64,000 nt of DNA from Mobula hypostoma (GCF_963921235.1 NC_086101.1:6140001-6204000), one strand, 5' to 3'. Counted from the stretch's first letter, positions 39,771 through 52,922 are shown. Notes: generated by a model from the letters alone, not told the origin. Translations and numbers: made by a program.

Positions 39771-40246
39771 GACCACTAGCTCACTACTTTTTATTCCAGT
39801 TTTGCACTAATTATTTAATTTTACTTTTTAATATATATAATTACCAGAATTAGGTTTTTTCTCTATCATTATGTATTCCATTGCTCTGCTGGCGCAAAGT
39901 CAACAAATGTCACGACTTCTGCTGGTTATATTAAACCTCATTCTGAGCCACATTCAACATGTCCCACCTCCCGGAGGTTCAGCTTGACTTCCTTCTACCA
40001 GTCAGCACCCCCGCCACTTGTCCCTATTCTCCCGGCTCAGTGCCGGTGGACTGCAGGAGCCGGGGAGCTCAGGTCCCGCCGCCCGCGGCTGCTGCTGAAT
40101 CCGCAGTGTTTCCGTTCCGATGACGGATTCGGTGAATGAGTGAAAATTTTAATGGATCGATAATTCTCAAACTCTGTTTATTTCACTCTCCGCACATTTA
40201 TATTTACACTGACTTACTCCTGTCGCCGGACCCGGACCCGACCTGT

Positions 40247-40779
40247 TTACAGTCCCGGAGCGGAACCGGAGCAGATTCTCAGCCACTGGTTTTCATCCCA
40301 AGTCCAAAACAAAGGATAAAGTTTCCCCGTGAATTCACTCCCAGTGAAGGTGTGGAGATGGGACTTGGTCTCCGCGTTGTAGAATGAAACTGTTCCGGAC
40401 TCGTAACTGAGATAAACTCCCACCCTCCCGGGGATGGGACCGGCGAAGAGACGGTCTTCAGGGCGGGTGAGAATCCACATCTCGTCATCACGCCGTGCGA
40501 TGCTCCAGAATCCGGTCTCCGGACTCGGTGTGACCCGTGTCTTCCTCTCCACAGACTCTGCGGCGACTCCCAGATCCCACCACCGATTCCCCGTCACCTC
40601 CACCTCCCAGTAATGTCTCCCCGATGTGAATCCCTCCGATCCCAGCACACAACGCGAGACAGTGAACCTCTTCCCGGTGTCAGGGAGATTCCTCCGGGTC
40701 CAGGTCCATCTCACACTCTTCCGATCCTCAGACACCTCGAGCGCCGGATGCACCGTCTCCACATCCAGGGTGACAGAGA
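40247..40779 (-). CDS. TRIM-C exon 6 (PRY/SPRY)
   Basis: CCCCAG| acceptor; VSVTLDVETVHPALEVSEDRKSV...GFTSGRHYWEVEV...WDLGVA...RVGVYLSYESGTVSFYN...LYPLFW; stop at 40247; AATAAA at 40177-40182. Confidence 0.92.
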
Positions 40780-40929
40780 CTGGGGGGAGAAGCAGAGAAT
40801 TAGAGAGTCCCCGAGGATCGGGGTGAGACTTGGACACTCGCTGGGCCTCAGGCACAGTCGGGTGGCCGACAGTAATCGTACACGAGGTTTTACCCGACTA
40901 GAACGGATGGACAACTAGTATCTTCCCGA

Positions 40930-41156
40930 TCAACACACATCAAAGTTGCTGGTGAACGCAACAGGCCAGGTAGCATCTCTAGGAAGAGGTACAGTCGACG
41001 TTTCGGGCCGAGACCCTTCCTAGTCCTGACGAAGGGTCTCGGCCCGAGACGTCGAATGTACCTCTTCCTAGAGATGCTGCCTGGCCCGCTGTGTTCACCA
41101 GCAACTTTGATGTGTGTTGCTTGAATTTCCAGCCTTTGCAGAATTCCTCGTGTTTG
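40930..41156. mobile_element. Penelope-like fold-back insertion
   Basis: Inverted arms of ~90 bp plus a 3' tail; TSD AGTATCTTCC(C/T)GA at 40917-40929 / 41157-41169. Plus-strand hammerhead motif with GAAA changed to GAGA. Confidence 0.8.
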
Positions 41157-41729
41157 AGTATCTTCCTGAGGTTTTCCCTCTGGGATAAAGAACGGAGTTT
41201 TCCCGATCAACATACACAAAATTTTGTAGGAACTTAACAGATCCAGCAGCATGTGTGGAGGGATGTGGCCGGCCCCGATTCAAGTCTAGATCTTTCCTCA
41301 AGAATGGAAGGAAAGGGGGGGGGGGGCGGGATGACCAGTAAAAACTGGTGTGGGTAGGCGCTGGGACAACAACTGGATCCAGATGGGGATGGGGGGAGTG
41401 AATACTGGAGGGGTTTGAACAGGAGGTCAGAGAGCCTCTTTGGCCCAACACTTTTGTACCAACCAACTTGCTTTAATGACCGAGTCCCATTTGCTTGGCA
41501 TCATACTGGTTTGTGCGAGGTCATTACAACTTGCATCCACTTTTGGAGTTTAGAGTTAAATTCCAGTGCTGTCTGGAAGGAGTTTTCTACATTCCGCACT
41601 TCCCCCGTGACTGCGTGGGTTTCCCCCAGATGTTCTGGTTTCCTACAAAGGTGTACCGGTTACTAGGTTAATTGATTATTGTAAATTTTCTTGTGATGAG
41701 GCTAATGATAAATACTTGAGTTGCTCTAC

Positions 41730-42370
41730 CCACCTCTGCAGCTTCTTCTGGCAACTTCTTCAGTTCCAGAGAGAAGGTCCCAGCCTGTCCCGCCTCTCCT
41801 TATAACCCAAGCTCTCCAGCTTCAGTAACATCCTTGTAAATCTGTATACACCCTCTCCAGGTGAATTACATCTCTCTTATAGCAAGATGACCAGAACTGT
41901 ACACACTGCTCCAAATGTGGCCGGACCAACGTCTTGTACACACGGAACAGGAAGTCCCAGCTCCTGTACTCAGTATTCTGACCGATAAAGGTAAGCACTG
42001 TAAACTGTGTCACGGTTTTGAAGGAACGATGTACCTGTGCCACTTGGTCTCTCCATTGGACAACATTCTCCAGAGTGGTACAATTGCTGTGTAAGTCCTG
42101 TCCTGGTTTGTTTTCCCAAAATACAACACCCCACATTTCCCTGAATTAAACTTCTCCTGCCATTCCTCGGCCCACGGGCCCAGTTGATCAAGGGCCCGTT
42201 GTAAACTTAGATAATCCTCTTCACTGTCCACTGTACCACGAATTTTAGTGTCATTCATAAACCTACCAAATATGTCACCTACATTCTCATCCAAATTATT
42301 CAAATGAATGACAAACAACTGCGGACCCAGCAGCAATGCCTGCAGGTCACAGGCCTCCAGTCCACTGTGT
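41730..42370 (-). mobile_element. Old CR1 RT remnant
   Basis: LLGPQLFVIHLNNLD...FMNDTKI and VYKTLVRPHLEQCVQFWS. Confidence 0.8.
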
Positions 42371-43507
42371 TTAAGATTCACTTGGATGGTCAATTCAATA
42401 GACAAGGCACAGAAGGAGTGTCACCTAATTTCAGCCAATGGGATGAGTGTAGATGGTCAGCACACAGGTGATGGGTTGAAAGGCCCATTTCTGTACTGTA
42501 CGAAGATTTTTCTGTGACTTTATATGAACTGAATGACTGAGACCCCACAGTTCTCTGGTGCAAAGAATTCCAAAGATGCACCATCTTCTCGAGGGTATAA
42601 CTACCCTGAGGTACTAACCACTGACCCTCGACTCCTCAGACAGGGGAAGCATCCTCCCTGCATCCTGTTTGTTGGGCCTGGAAAGGTATTTGTGTTTCAC
42701 TGCGATCTCCTTTCAATCTTCTAAACGGGGAACAGAGAACATAAACAGTATACCATAGGCACAGACCAATGTGACAGTGACTGATCGATCCCGGCATCAA
42801 TTCCTCTTCTATGTCGGATATCCAAAACCTCCATCCCTCGATCTTTCAAAAATTTCTCTCCCTCCACCTTAACTCTATCCAATAATCAGGCCTCACACAA
42901 ACTGCTGGAGGAAGTCAGTGGGTCAAGCAGCATCTGTAGAGGAAAGGGACTGTCGACGTTTCAAGTCAAAACCCTACATCAGGACTGAGAGTGGAGAGGG
43001 GAGATGGCAGGTATACAGAGGACAAGGGGAGTGATGAGACAGGAGTGACTGTGGACTGAGGAGTGGTGAAAAATGGTGGACAGGTTACCCCAGGTCGGGG
43101 AGGGGTGGGGGAGTCTGGTATCCAGTTGGGGGACACCGGGAGATGAATGACAAATGGAGATTGACACAGAGAAACAAGTGAGAGGACGATGGAGAGAGGT
43201 TGCAGGATTCGGTGATGGAGAGCGTGAGAAAGTGGAAAACAGAAAACCAAAGGCTGCCTGTTTTATAGACAATAGGTGCAGGAGTTGGCCATTTGTCCCT
43301 TCAAGCCAGCACCACCATTCACTGTGATCATGGCTGATCATCCACAATCAGTATCCAGTTCCTGCCTTCTCCCCATAACCTTTCATTCCGCTATCTTTAA
43401 GAGCTCTATCCATCTCTTTCTTGAAAGCATCCAGAGACTTGGCCTCCACTGCCTTCTGGGGCAGAGCATTCCACATTCCAGCTGCAGAAGGAGCTGTACA
43501 GCTGTAT

Positions 43508-44355
43508 GCAACACACATCAAAGTTACTGGTGAACACAGCAGGCCAGGCAGCATCTGTAGGAAGAGGTGCAGTCGACGTTTCAGGCCGAGACCCTTCGTC
43601 AGGACTAACTGAAGGAAGAGTGAGTAAGGGATTTGAAAGTTGGAGGGGGAGGGGGAGATCCAAAATGATAGGAGAAGACAGGAGGGGGAGGGATAGAGCC
43701 AAGAGCTGGACAGGTGATAGGCAAAAGGGGATACGAGAGGATCATGGGACAGGAGGTCCGGGAAGAAAGACAAGGGGGGAGGGGGACCCAGAGGATGGGC
43801 AAGGGGTATATTCAGAGGGACAGAGGGAGAAAAAGGAGAGTGAGAGAAAGAATGCGTGCATAAAAATAAGTAACAGATGGGGTACGAGGGGCAGGTGGGG
43901 CCTTACTTCTCTAACTTCCGCTAAGGCCCCACCTCCCCCTCGTACCCCATCTGTTACTCATTTTTATGCGCACATTCTTTCTCTCACTCTCCTTTTTCTC
44001 CCTCTGTCCCTCTGAATATACCCCTTGCCCATCCTCTGGGTCCCCCTCCCCCCTTGTCTTTCTTCCCGGACCTCCCGTCCCATGATCCTCTCGTATCCCC
44101 TTTTGCCTATCACCTGTCCAGCTCTTGGCTCCATCCCTCCCCCTCCTGTCTTCTCCTGTCATTTTGGATCTCCCCCTCCCCCTCCCCCTCCAACTTTCAA
44201 ATCCCTTACTCACTCTTCCTTCAGTTAGTCCTGACGAAGGGTCTCGGCCTAAAACGTCGACTGCACCTCTTCCTACAGATGCTGCCTGGCCTGCTGCGTT
44301 CACCAGCAACTTTGATATGTGTTGCTTGCATTTCCAGCATCTGCAGAATTCCTGT
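43508..44355. mobile_element. Large Penelope-like fold-back element (~400-bp inverted arms)
   Basis: 43508-~43904 is the near-identical reverse complement of ~43922-44325; 13-bp TSD TGTACAGCTGTAT (43495-43507 / 44356-44368). Confidence 0.88.
43571..43606 (-). ncRNA. Minimal type I hammerhead ribozyme motif (predicted)
   Basis: AGUC-CUGACGA-AGGGUCUCGGCCU-GAAAC-GUC^GACU: stem I AGUC/GACU, both core boxes intact, palindromic ACGU in place of helix III. Confidence 0.7.
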
Positions 44356-45699
44356 TGTACAGCTGTATTATGTAATCTTCTCAGTAACGGAGGTGATAAT
44401 GGGAAGCATTCGGGGACAGATGAATGGCAGATGGAACCAGACCCACATGGGAGAGGAGTGGAAAGCCTGTGAGTGAACAGTGTTTCTGGCCAGGAAATAC
44501 CGGCTACCAATGAGTGAATTTGAATGGATCAAGGACAGTGGAAGCAGACAGAACAATTGTCTTTGCTCTTGCCATCAAGTGGAAGGAGATCAAGGCTGCC
44601 ATAAAAATCTGTCCTCCATTTTGAGAACTTAAGTTTCTTTGCTTAATAAGTGTTTGAGAGTAGACTCACTGCTTCAGGTAAACTGCTGGGCTAAGGCTCA
44701 TTTCCGAATAAGAAGTTATTGCTGATATGTTCTTTGGCCGGACGTTTGTAACTGCTGGGGTCTGTATCTGTTCTGCATGATTCGTGATGGTTACTGAAGA
44801 GAACAAACAGCCATAAACTACCAGTTGTCATTTGCTGGCGAGAGGGCAAAGAATGAATGCTGGTTGGAGTAGAACCAATACGAAAGTGTTAAAGGGCAGT
44901 CACATGACCCACAGCCAATAACACTGAAATGCAACATTTGAAATTGTAAGAAGTGAATACAAAAGCAGGCGATTCGAGTGTGCTGACTACATTGACTCTC
45001 TGAGAGCCACCATTTTGGATTTGAAATGCCTCACTGATGTTGAGATTCAAAACAGGACTATGAGGAACACAGGGCCAGCAGAGACTCTTTTTTTTTTACT
45101 GGGATTACCTTTTCTATTCTGTGACTGTTCATGGAGGATCTGGAAAACTCAGTAGGTGAGCCCACAGGTAATCGGTTGTGCACATTCACATGTGCTTTCG
45201 TGGAGACAATAAAGGTACTTGTTCTGAATTAGATTCTTTCTGTGCCTCCCTGATCATTATTACTAAGGGGAAGATCCATGTAGCATTGTGTATAGATGGA
45301 AATACAAGGTGGAGGGGATGAAGATGGGTGACGAGGATCACTCTGTTCTCTTGCCCCACAGTCCCTCATTAGAACCCGGGATGAATTTGCAGAGACACTG
45401 GCAGACATATTTGCTTGACAATTCACCACAGGTGAGCTGCTGAAAGACTGGAGGATGGCTCAGGTGGTGCCTTTGGTTAGGAAAGACGAGATGAGCAAGC
45501 CGGGGAACTCCATGCTGCTGAGCCTAATATCAGTAGTGATAAAGTTTCTGAAAGGCAGGATTGACAGCTCTTGGAAAGGCAAGGACAGTCAGCGCGGCAT
45601 TGTGCATGAAAAAAATCATGGCTCACAAATCTGATTAAGTATAGCAGAAAACTGGATCAAAATATTCACTCTAAAGACAGTACTGTAGCAATTTTTTGT

Positions 45700-48600
45700 T
45701 CAGGAAATGTGGGATTTAAGAGGAGGATTCTAGGCCTGTGGACAATTTTGATAAGCTGAAGGTTGAGGAACTCCAATCTTCTGAGTCATTTCACTGCATT
45801 AATGCAACAGGGAAACAAAAAGGTCCGTCTTTGCAATGAAAGTTACTTATCAATTGGTTTTACACGGACTGGTGACACATGGAGCCTAATCTGCAGCACA
45901 ACCAGCAACTGTAGCAATGGCTCAAGCATAATTGAAAAGGCACTTAACTATAAATCAGTCATATGACATGTAAAGATGTTGATTATTTTAAACAGCTACT
46001 GGAATATCAAAAGAAACAGAGTAAAGCATTTGTTAATATAGTCACAGTTAGAGAAAGGGTTCAGGACACAAATTATTTCATAGCAGAACTTACTACACAG
46101 AAAAGAAAAAGTCACACAGTTGCTGAGAACCTAATAATGCCAACATGTAAAACTATTGTGGGTAAAATGCTAGGACAAGATACAGTACGAGAAATTGAAA
46201 ATGTTTCACTCTCGAACAGTCGACGTATTGATGACATGTCACATGATACTGAAAAGGTTTTGTGTGATAAACTGAAAAACAACATCTTCTCTATCCAGGT
46301 TGATAAGTCTACAGATTTCACCAATAAATGTCATGTTGTAGCATTTGTAAGATTTGTAAATGATGGTGATATTCAAGAATATAGAAACATAGAAACATAG
46401 AAAATAGGTGCAGGAGTAGGCCATTCGGCCCTTCGAGCCTGCACCGCCATTTATTATGATCATGGCTGATCATCCAACTCAGAACCCAGCCTTCCCTCCA
46501 TACCCCCTGACCCCTGTAGCCACAAGGGCCATATCTAACTTCCTTTTAAACATAGCTAATGAACTGGCCTCAACAGTTTGCTGTGGCAGAGAATTCCACA
46601 GATTCACCACTCTCTGTGTGAAGAAGTTTTTCCTAACCTCGGTCCTAAAAGGCTTCCCCTCTATCCTCAAACTGTGACCCCTCGTTCTAGACCTCCCCAA
46701 CATCGGGAACAATCTTCCTGCATCTAGCCTGTCCAATCCCTTTAGGATCTTATACGTTTCAATCAGATCCCCCCTCAATCTTCTAAATTCCAACGAGTAC
46801 AAGCCCAGTTCATCCAGTCTTTCTTCATATGAAAGACCTGCCATCCCAGGAATCAATCTGGTGAACCTTCTTTGTACTCCCTCTATGGCAAAGATGTCTT
46901 TCCTCAGATTAGGGGACCAAAACTGCACACAATACTCCAGGTGTGGTCTCACCAAGGCCTTGTACAACTGCAGTAGTACCTCCCTGCTCCTGTACTCGAA
47001 TCCTCTCGCTATAAATGCCAGCATACCGTTCGCCTTTTTCACCGCCTGCTGTACCTGCATGCCCACTTTCAATGACTGGTGTATAATGACACCCAGGTCT
47101 CGTTGCACCTCCCCTTTTCCTAATCGGCCACCATTCAGATAATAATCTGTTTTCCTATTTTTGCCACCAAAGTGGATAACTTCACATTTATCCACATTAA
47201 ATTGCATCTGCCATGAGTTTGCCCACTCACCCAACCTATCCAAGTCACCCTGCATCCTCTTAGCATCCTCCTCACTGCTAACACTGCCACCCAGCTTCGT
47301 GTCATCCGCAAACTTGGAGATGCTGCATTTAATTCCCTCATCCAAGTCATTAATATATATTGTAAACAACTGGGGTCCCAGCACTGAGCCTTGCGGTACC
47401 CCACTAGTCACCGCCTGCCATTCTGAAAAGGTCCCGTTTATTCCCACTCTTTGCTTCCTGTCTGCTAACCAATTCTCCACCCACACCAATACCTTACCCC
47501 CAATACCGTGTGCTTTAAGTTTGCACACTAATCTCCTATGTGGGACCTTGTCAAAAGCCTTTTGAAAATCCAAATATACCACATCCACTGGTTCTCCCCT
47601 ATCCACTCTACTAGTTACATCCTCAAAAAATTCTATGAGATTCGTCAGACATGATTTTCCTTTCACAAATCCATGCTGACTTTGTCCGATCATTTCACCG
47701 CTTTCCAAATGTGCTGTTATCACATCCTTGTTATCAATGTTTTCTATTGCAAAGAGCTGCCTGAAACAAGCAGAGCCCTAGAAATATCTACATGTTTTGT
47801 TTCATAACTGAAAGCAAAAGTCTGTCTTGGAGGAGCTTTGTAGACATCTGCGCTGATGGTGACCATCAATGGTTGGCTCCATGAGAAGTTTTGTTTCTCC
47901 TGTTAAAGAAAATCCTGACGTAGTCACAACACATTGCTCTCATCACAGAGAGATGCTGATGTCAAAAACTCTTGGTGATGAAATGAAAAAAGTTCTGGCT
48001 GATGCGACAAAACTGGTTGACTTTATCAAACAAAGACCAGTTCACTCGAGAATGTTTAAAAAACTGTGAAAACCTGGACAAAGTGCACATACAGAAATCT
48101 GGTGGCTTGGCAGAGGAAGAGTTCTCAACAGGGTATTTGAGCTGAAAGGTGAATTGCAGGAGTACTATCAAGAAAATAGTAGGCCAGATTTTGCTGAGTG
48201 CTTTGAAGATGAAGAATGGCTGCACAAACTAGCCTGCTTAACAGACATTTTTCATCATACGAACCGGTTGAACAAGCCTCCGCAAGGCCATGGAGAAAAT
48301 GTTTTGACTTCAAGTGACCGGATTCGTTGGTTTCAAAGAAAACTGAATCTTTGGAACAATCATGTTGCAAAAGGAAAGCTTGAAATGTTTCCACTGCTAC
48401 TTGGACTTGAGAGTGAGGAAGGATATCAAAAAGTCTCAAGCCCTATAAAAAAAAACCACCTCGAAGAATTCCAGAACAAGTTATTTAACAGAAATTTATT
48501 ATGTTTGCCTCATGAGTTTTTATAATTTATGAAAGGGAAAGGAAGAGATTAATTTCAAGAAACTGAAGCTAATCTTAGCTACCTGTTTTTTTCCCCCAAG

Positions 48601-48785
48601 AATAGTTGGCTACAAATTGATTCTCTACTTAATACTGACAATTATTTTTAGATTATTATATCCACAACTTACTGATCAAGTTAACCTACCATGAGCTGTA
48701 GATATAATATTTTTACATAGGGGTTCCTTGAGACCTGAAAATTATTTCAAGGGTTATTCCAGGGCATAATGGTGAGAAAGGCTGA
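45700..48785 (+). mobile_element. hAT Charlie/Buster-like (ZBED5/FAM200-like) transposon remnant in TRIM-C intron 5
   Basis: SYLSIGF, KSHTVAENLIMP, FSIQVDKSTD, THC.HHRE.L, WL.RGRVL.RVFEL and WLHKLACLTDIF fragments; split by a CR1. Confidence 0.85.
46381..47735 (-). mobile_element. Young CR1 with uninterrupted RT ORF (414 aa)
   Basis: QHGFVKGKSC, YLDFQKAFD, GVPQGSVLGP, FADDTK, LVRPHLEYCVQFWSP; (TTCTATGT)n tail. Confidence 0.95.
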
Positions 48786-48789
48786 TCTT

Positions 48790-49720
48790 ATCTGAGTCTG
48801 TTCCCTCTGGTCCTTGACTCACCCACAAAATGAAATATCCTCCCTACATTGACTCTATCCAGACCCTTCAATATTCAATAGGTTTCAGTGCAATCCTCCC
48901 TCACTATTCTAAACTCCAGTGAGTGCAGGCTTAGAGCCATCAAACACTCCTCATATGTTAACCCTTTCATTTCTGGGATAAATTTTGTGAACCTCCTCTG
49001 GACCCTCTCCAATGCCAGCACATCCTTTCTCAGTTATCCAAGTGCAGCCAGACCAATGTCTTATAAAGCCCCTGCTTTTATGTTCCACCCCTCTCAAAAT
49101 GAATGCTAACATTGCATTTGTCCTCCTTACCAACTCATCAGCAAGTTAACCTTTAGGGAGTCTTCCACAAGGTCTCCCAAATCCCTTGCACCCTACCTTT
49201 TGAATTTTCTCCCCATTTAGAAAGTATTCTACACATTTCTTCTTTCGACCAAAGTGCATCATCATACCCCTACCTGCACGATTTTCCATATGGCATTTTT
49301 CCCAATCCTCCGACTTTCTACTAATTTTTGCTATGTTGTATGCCCTCTCTATTGCTTTTATGCTGTCCTTCTTTTCCCTTGTCGGCCATGATTGCCTCAT
49401 CGTCCCTTTAGTAAACATCTTTTTCTTTGAGATTTATCTAAACCGCGCCTTCCGAATTGCTTCCAGAAACGGTATGCTTTGCTGCTCTGCTGTCATCCGT
49501 GCCAGTATCCACTTCCAATCAACTTTGCCATCTCCTTTTTCATGCCTCTGTAATTCCCTTTAGTCCACTGTAATACTGACACCTCTGGTTTTATGTTATC
49601 CCTCTCAAACTGCAGAGTCAATTATATCACTGGTCCCCTAAGGGTTCCTTTTCCTTAAGCTCTCTGAACAATTGCACAACACCAAATCCATAATAGCTAC
49701 TAGCGGGCTCAACCACAAGC
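48790..49720 (-). mobile_element. Degenerate CR1 fragments
   Basis: NAMLAFILRGVEHKSR, MHFGRKKK and AYNIAKISRKSEDWE fragments. Confidence 0.7.
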
Positions 49721-49795
49721 TGCTCTAAAAAGTCACCTCATTGGCATTCTGCAATTGTGTATCATAAAGGACAAATGAATCCTCGTAAGTTTTAC

Positions 49796-49914
49796 CTTGA
49801 TTAACGACATCAAGTGTTTCTCTCAATGCTGTTTTCAACAAATAGTGGTGTTGGAATCTTTCAACTGGTAGGGCTCCATCTGTCACTGATAATTCCTGGA
49901 AGTCATCACTAATC
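49796..49914 (-). CDS. TRIM-C exon 5 (119 nt)
   Basis: TTACAG| ... |GTAAAA; ISDDFQELSVTDGALPVERFQHHYLLKTALRETLDVVNQ. Confidence 0.88.
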
Positions 49915-50001
49915 CTGTAAATATTAAACCGATGGTCACATTCTGCAATTTTGAATTGTTTCACAACTCCATGGAGGGTTTCAGTAAAGAGTGTGCCCTA
50001 C

Positions 50002-50024
50002 CTCCTCTTCCGACAAGCTTCCTC
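50002..50024 (-). CDS. TRIM-C exon 4 (23 nt)
   Basis: TTCCAG|GAGGAAGCTTGTCGGAAGAGGAG|GTAGGG; matches the 23-nt exon of TRIM-B. Confidence 0.85.
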
Positions 50025-50539
50025 CTGGAATAAATAAAACACAGATCTGAGAAGACTTAGGCTTACTGTCAACATCCTGAATTTCATCCAAGTCATTACA
50101 AGGTGTTGCAAGTTCCCACTCCCTCAGTCACTCGCACACACAAAACAGTTCAGAACCACAGAGAAAACTACAAAGAATGTTTCTGAAAATTATGCCACAA
50201 ATGAAAGGATGCAACTGACAGGAAAGGCTGGACAGGATGTGTATTTTTATCTGGATATGATGGCAGGATGATAAGATGGAGGAATTTAAGCTGAGTGAAG
50301 GATTAATGTGGGTGCTGTTGGAGAAACCATTTCTATTTATGGAGAGAACTTAAATTAAACATAAAATGCCAGGTTGTTTAGCAAGAGAACGTGGAACTCA
50401 CAGCCACAAGAGTGGTTCAAGTGGAACAGCAGAGATTGAACGATTGAACAATGGCACCTAACGGCGACTCTTTACTTGCATCTTCGAAAACAGTCTTATT
50501 TCCATCTTTAATATCTATGACACATGGTTTTAACAGCAA

Positions 50540-51690
50540 TGGCAGGAACGTCCTCCCACTCCGCTGGCACCTCATGAAAATGTTGTGACAACACATCCAC
50601 ATTTTCTGACTTCCCAGCCAATATTTAAGGCTGAAATTATGAGCAGGCCTCCACCAGCAAGTGATGATCTGTGCATCCAGTTCGCTGAGGTCAGAATATA
50701 AGTCAGTAGATTGTTGTCAGTTTTCACCTTGAACAGTACAGAGTCACTTAACTTATCCACCACTGTCCATTCCAATGCCAGAAACTTCAACTTGTGTGCA
50801 GGGCAGTTTCATTCAAATGCTGACAGACTCGTGGTAATGAAAGCAACAGGGCTCAGCCCTTTACCTTCGTCTTGATATAGAACACCACCTAATCCCTCCC
50901 GGCTGACGTCTGTGTGCAGTACATACAGCAGTTGGAAGATTGCAAAGGCAGGCACAGGTGCTTTAGTCAGTTCACACTTTGCATCCCATCTTTCCTCCAA
51001 TAGCTCCAAAGGACTTGCTTTCTTCTCCTTTTGTTCTCCTCCCTTTATAGACAATAGACAATAGGTGCAGGAGTAGGCCATTCGGCCCTTTGAGCCAGCA
51101 CCGCCATTCACTGTGATCATGGCTGATCATCCACAATCAGTATCCAGTTCCTGCCTTATCCCCATAACCTTTGACTCCGCTATCATTAAGAGCTCTATCC
51201 ATCTCTTTCTTGAAAGCATCCAGAGACTTGGCCTCCACAGCCTTCTGGGGCAGAGAATTCCATATATCCACCACTCTCTGGGTGAAAAAGTTTTTCCTCA
51301 ACTCCGTTCTAAATGGCCTAAGGGAGGGTAACCATTCAGAAATTGATTCAAAGGATGGCCTACTCTGGAGTAGTCTTTCACACATCTCTGGTACTACCCA
51401 CAGAAACCAGGTTCACTCACATTCATGGGACTTGACCATGTGGTTACTGACTCTATCTTGGACAGTAGACAATAGGTGCAGGAGTAGGCTATTCAGCCCT
51501 TCGAGCCAGCACCACCATTCACTGTGATCATGGCTGATCATCCACAATCAGTACCCTTTTCCTGCCTTCACCTTCTCCTTAGGCACCAGGTCTCTGCCCT
51601 TTACCTTGGTCTTGATATAGAACACCACCTAATCCCTCCTAGCTGACGTCTGCATGCAGTACATACAGCATCTGGGGGGTTGATGGTATA
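50540..51690 (-). mobile_element. Gypsy-type pol (RT/RNase H) fragments with short CR1 tails inserted
   Basis: YVLHTDVSREGLGGVLYQ...PVAF, AHKLKFLALEW and VKTDNNLLTYILTSA; CR1 3' pieces at ~51048-51317 and ~51465-51570. Confidence 0.75.
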
Positions 51691-52079
51691 GATGGTAAGT
51701 TTGATGTGTGGGTCACATTCTGAAATTCAGCCTCAGTTCCCACTGATCGACACAACCAACACACCAGACACACTCACAGCCTGTGACTGTAACTGGGTGT
51801 TACTCTGAGTATCGGGGGTATTATACATGAGAATCATAGAAACGATCACCAGCTTAGTGCTCTGATCAGAGTAACTCATTCCCAAGAAGGTTGCAGACTG
51901 TCCTGTGATGTACAGATGTTGTGGGAGGCCGGTTTGAGGATAACAACAATATGGAACAGTCAGGACATCTGTCTGGTTTAAATCAGATTACAACTACAAT
52001 ATTTGTAAAGACCACATTGACTCAAAATACATTATTCTGTCACTGTGCACATTTACAGAAACCGACTCAAAACTCTCAC

Positions 52080-52313
52080 CATGAGAAATATCAGGTTTTC
52101 TTGTTGATCCATCTGTTCCTGTAACTTGGAGATTTTCTGCTGTATAGAATTTAAATTCTCTTCAATCTCTCGAAGATTTTTCTCCATTGGATTTAGAATC
52201 CTCTCCTCTTCTTCCTTGAGATCTCGGAGTGTGTGCTGCTCTTTCTCAGTGATAATCCGGCGCAGTTCAGCAAACTGGGATGTGATGTGGGACTGAAGTA
52301 TGTGTGACTGTTC
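52080..52313 (-). CDS. TRIM-C exon 3 (coiled coil, 234 nt)
   Basis: GACAG| EQSHILQSHITSQFAELRRIITEKEQHTLRDLKEEEERIL...LIFLM |GTGAGA; open. Confidence 0.9.
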
Positions 52314-52710
52314 CTGTCAAATGAAAGGAGAGGCTAGTTTATTATTTGACCGTAAAGTATTTCCTTCTGACATGGAAAGTGACCATTCAGTCCATTAAAT
52401 TATATGCGAATTCACAGAGCTTCAATCCCACTCCCTCACTTTCCCTGAAACCGATTGTTCCTCACTGACCCATTCATTTACACTTGATTCACAGACCACC
52501 CGCCTTCACAGGGTTAATTAAAGGAGCGAATTAAACATTCAGCTAGGATTTCTTGGCAATGTCGGCCCATCGAGTTCACAAGGAGTACATGCAAACTCCA
52601 CACAGAAGCACAAAAGGCCAGAATCGAAAATAATCACCAAAGCTGCTATTCTGCAGTAAAGGGAACAAAACTACACAACAACATTGGAAATTCTCCTCTG
52701 GAAGCCTCAC

Positions 52711-52806
52711 CCGAACTCCGGAAATCTTCTCTTTCTGTTGCCGCTCCATTTCCTCCAGCTCGGATTCCTTTTCTGTGAGAGAGTCTAACGCAGATTTAAC
52801 CCGGTC
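52711..52806 (-). CDS. TRIM-C exon 2 (96 nt)
   Basis: CCCAG| DRVKSALDSLTEKESELEEMERQQKEKISGVR |GTGAGG. Confidence 0.9.
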
Positions 52807-52922
52807 CTGGGAAGCAGAGTGAAGGAATTAGACAATAAAGATGCAATGCCGAAGTCACCCGGGGATAGAAAATAAATATGTATTGAAAAACACATCAGGT
52901 GATCAAAATCGATTTGTTTTAC

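Noticed and set aside
41022..41057. Active hammerhead on the plus strand
   Set aside because: Core GAAA is GAGA and stem I is mismatched; the plus-strand copy at ~44227-44262 likewise has AAAA.
43348..44510. Mirror-image ORFs of 140-199 aa
   Set aside because: Artefacts of the inverted repeat; no recognisable domains.
45963..48525. Domesticated ZBED/FAM200/SCAND3 gene
   Set aside because: Stops, frameshifts and a CR1 interruption.
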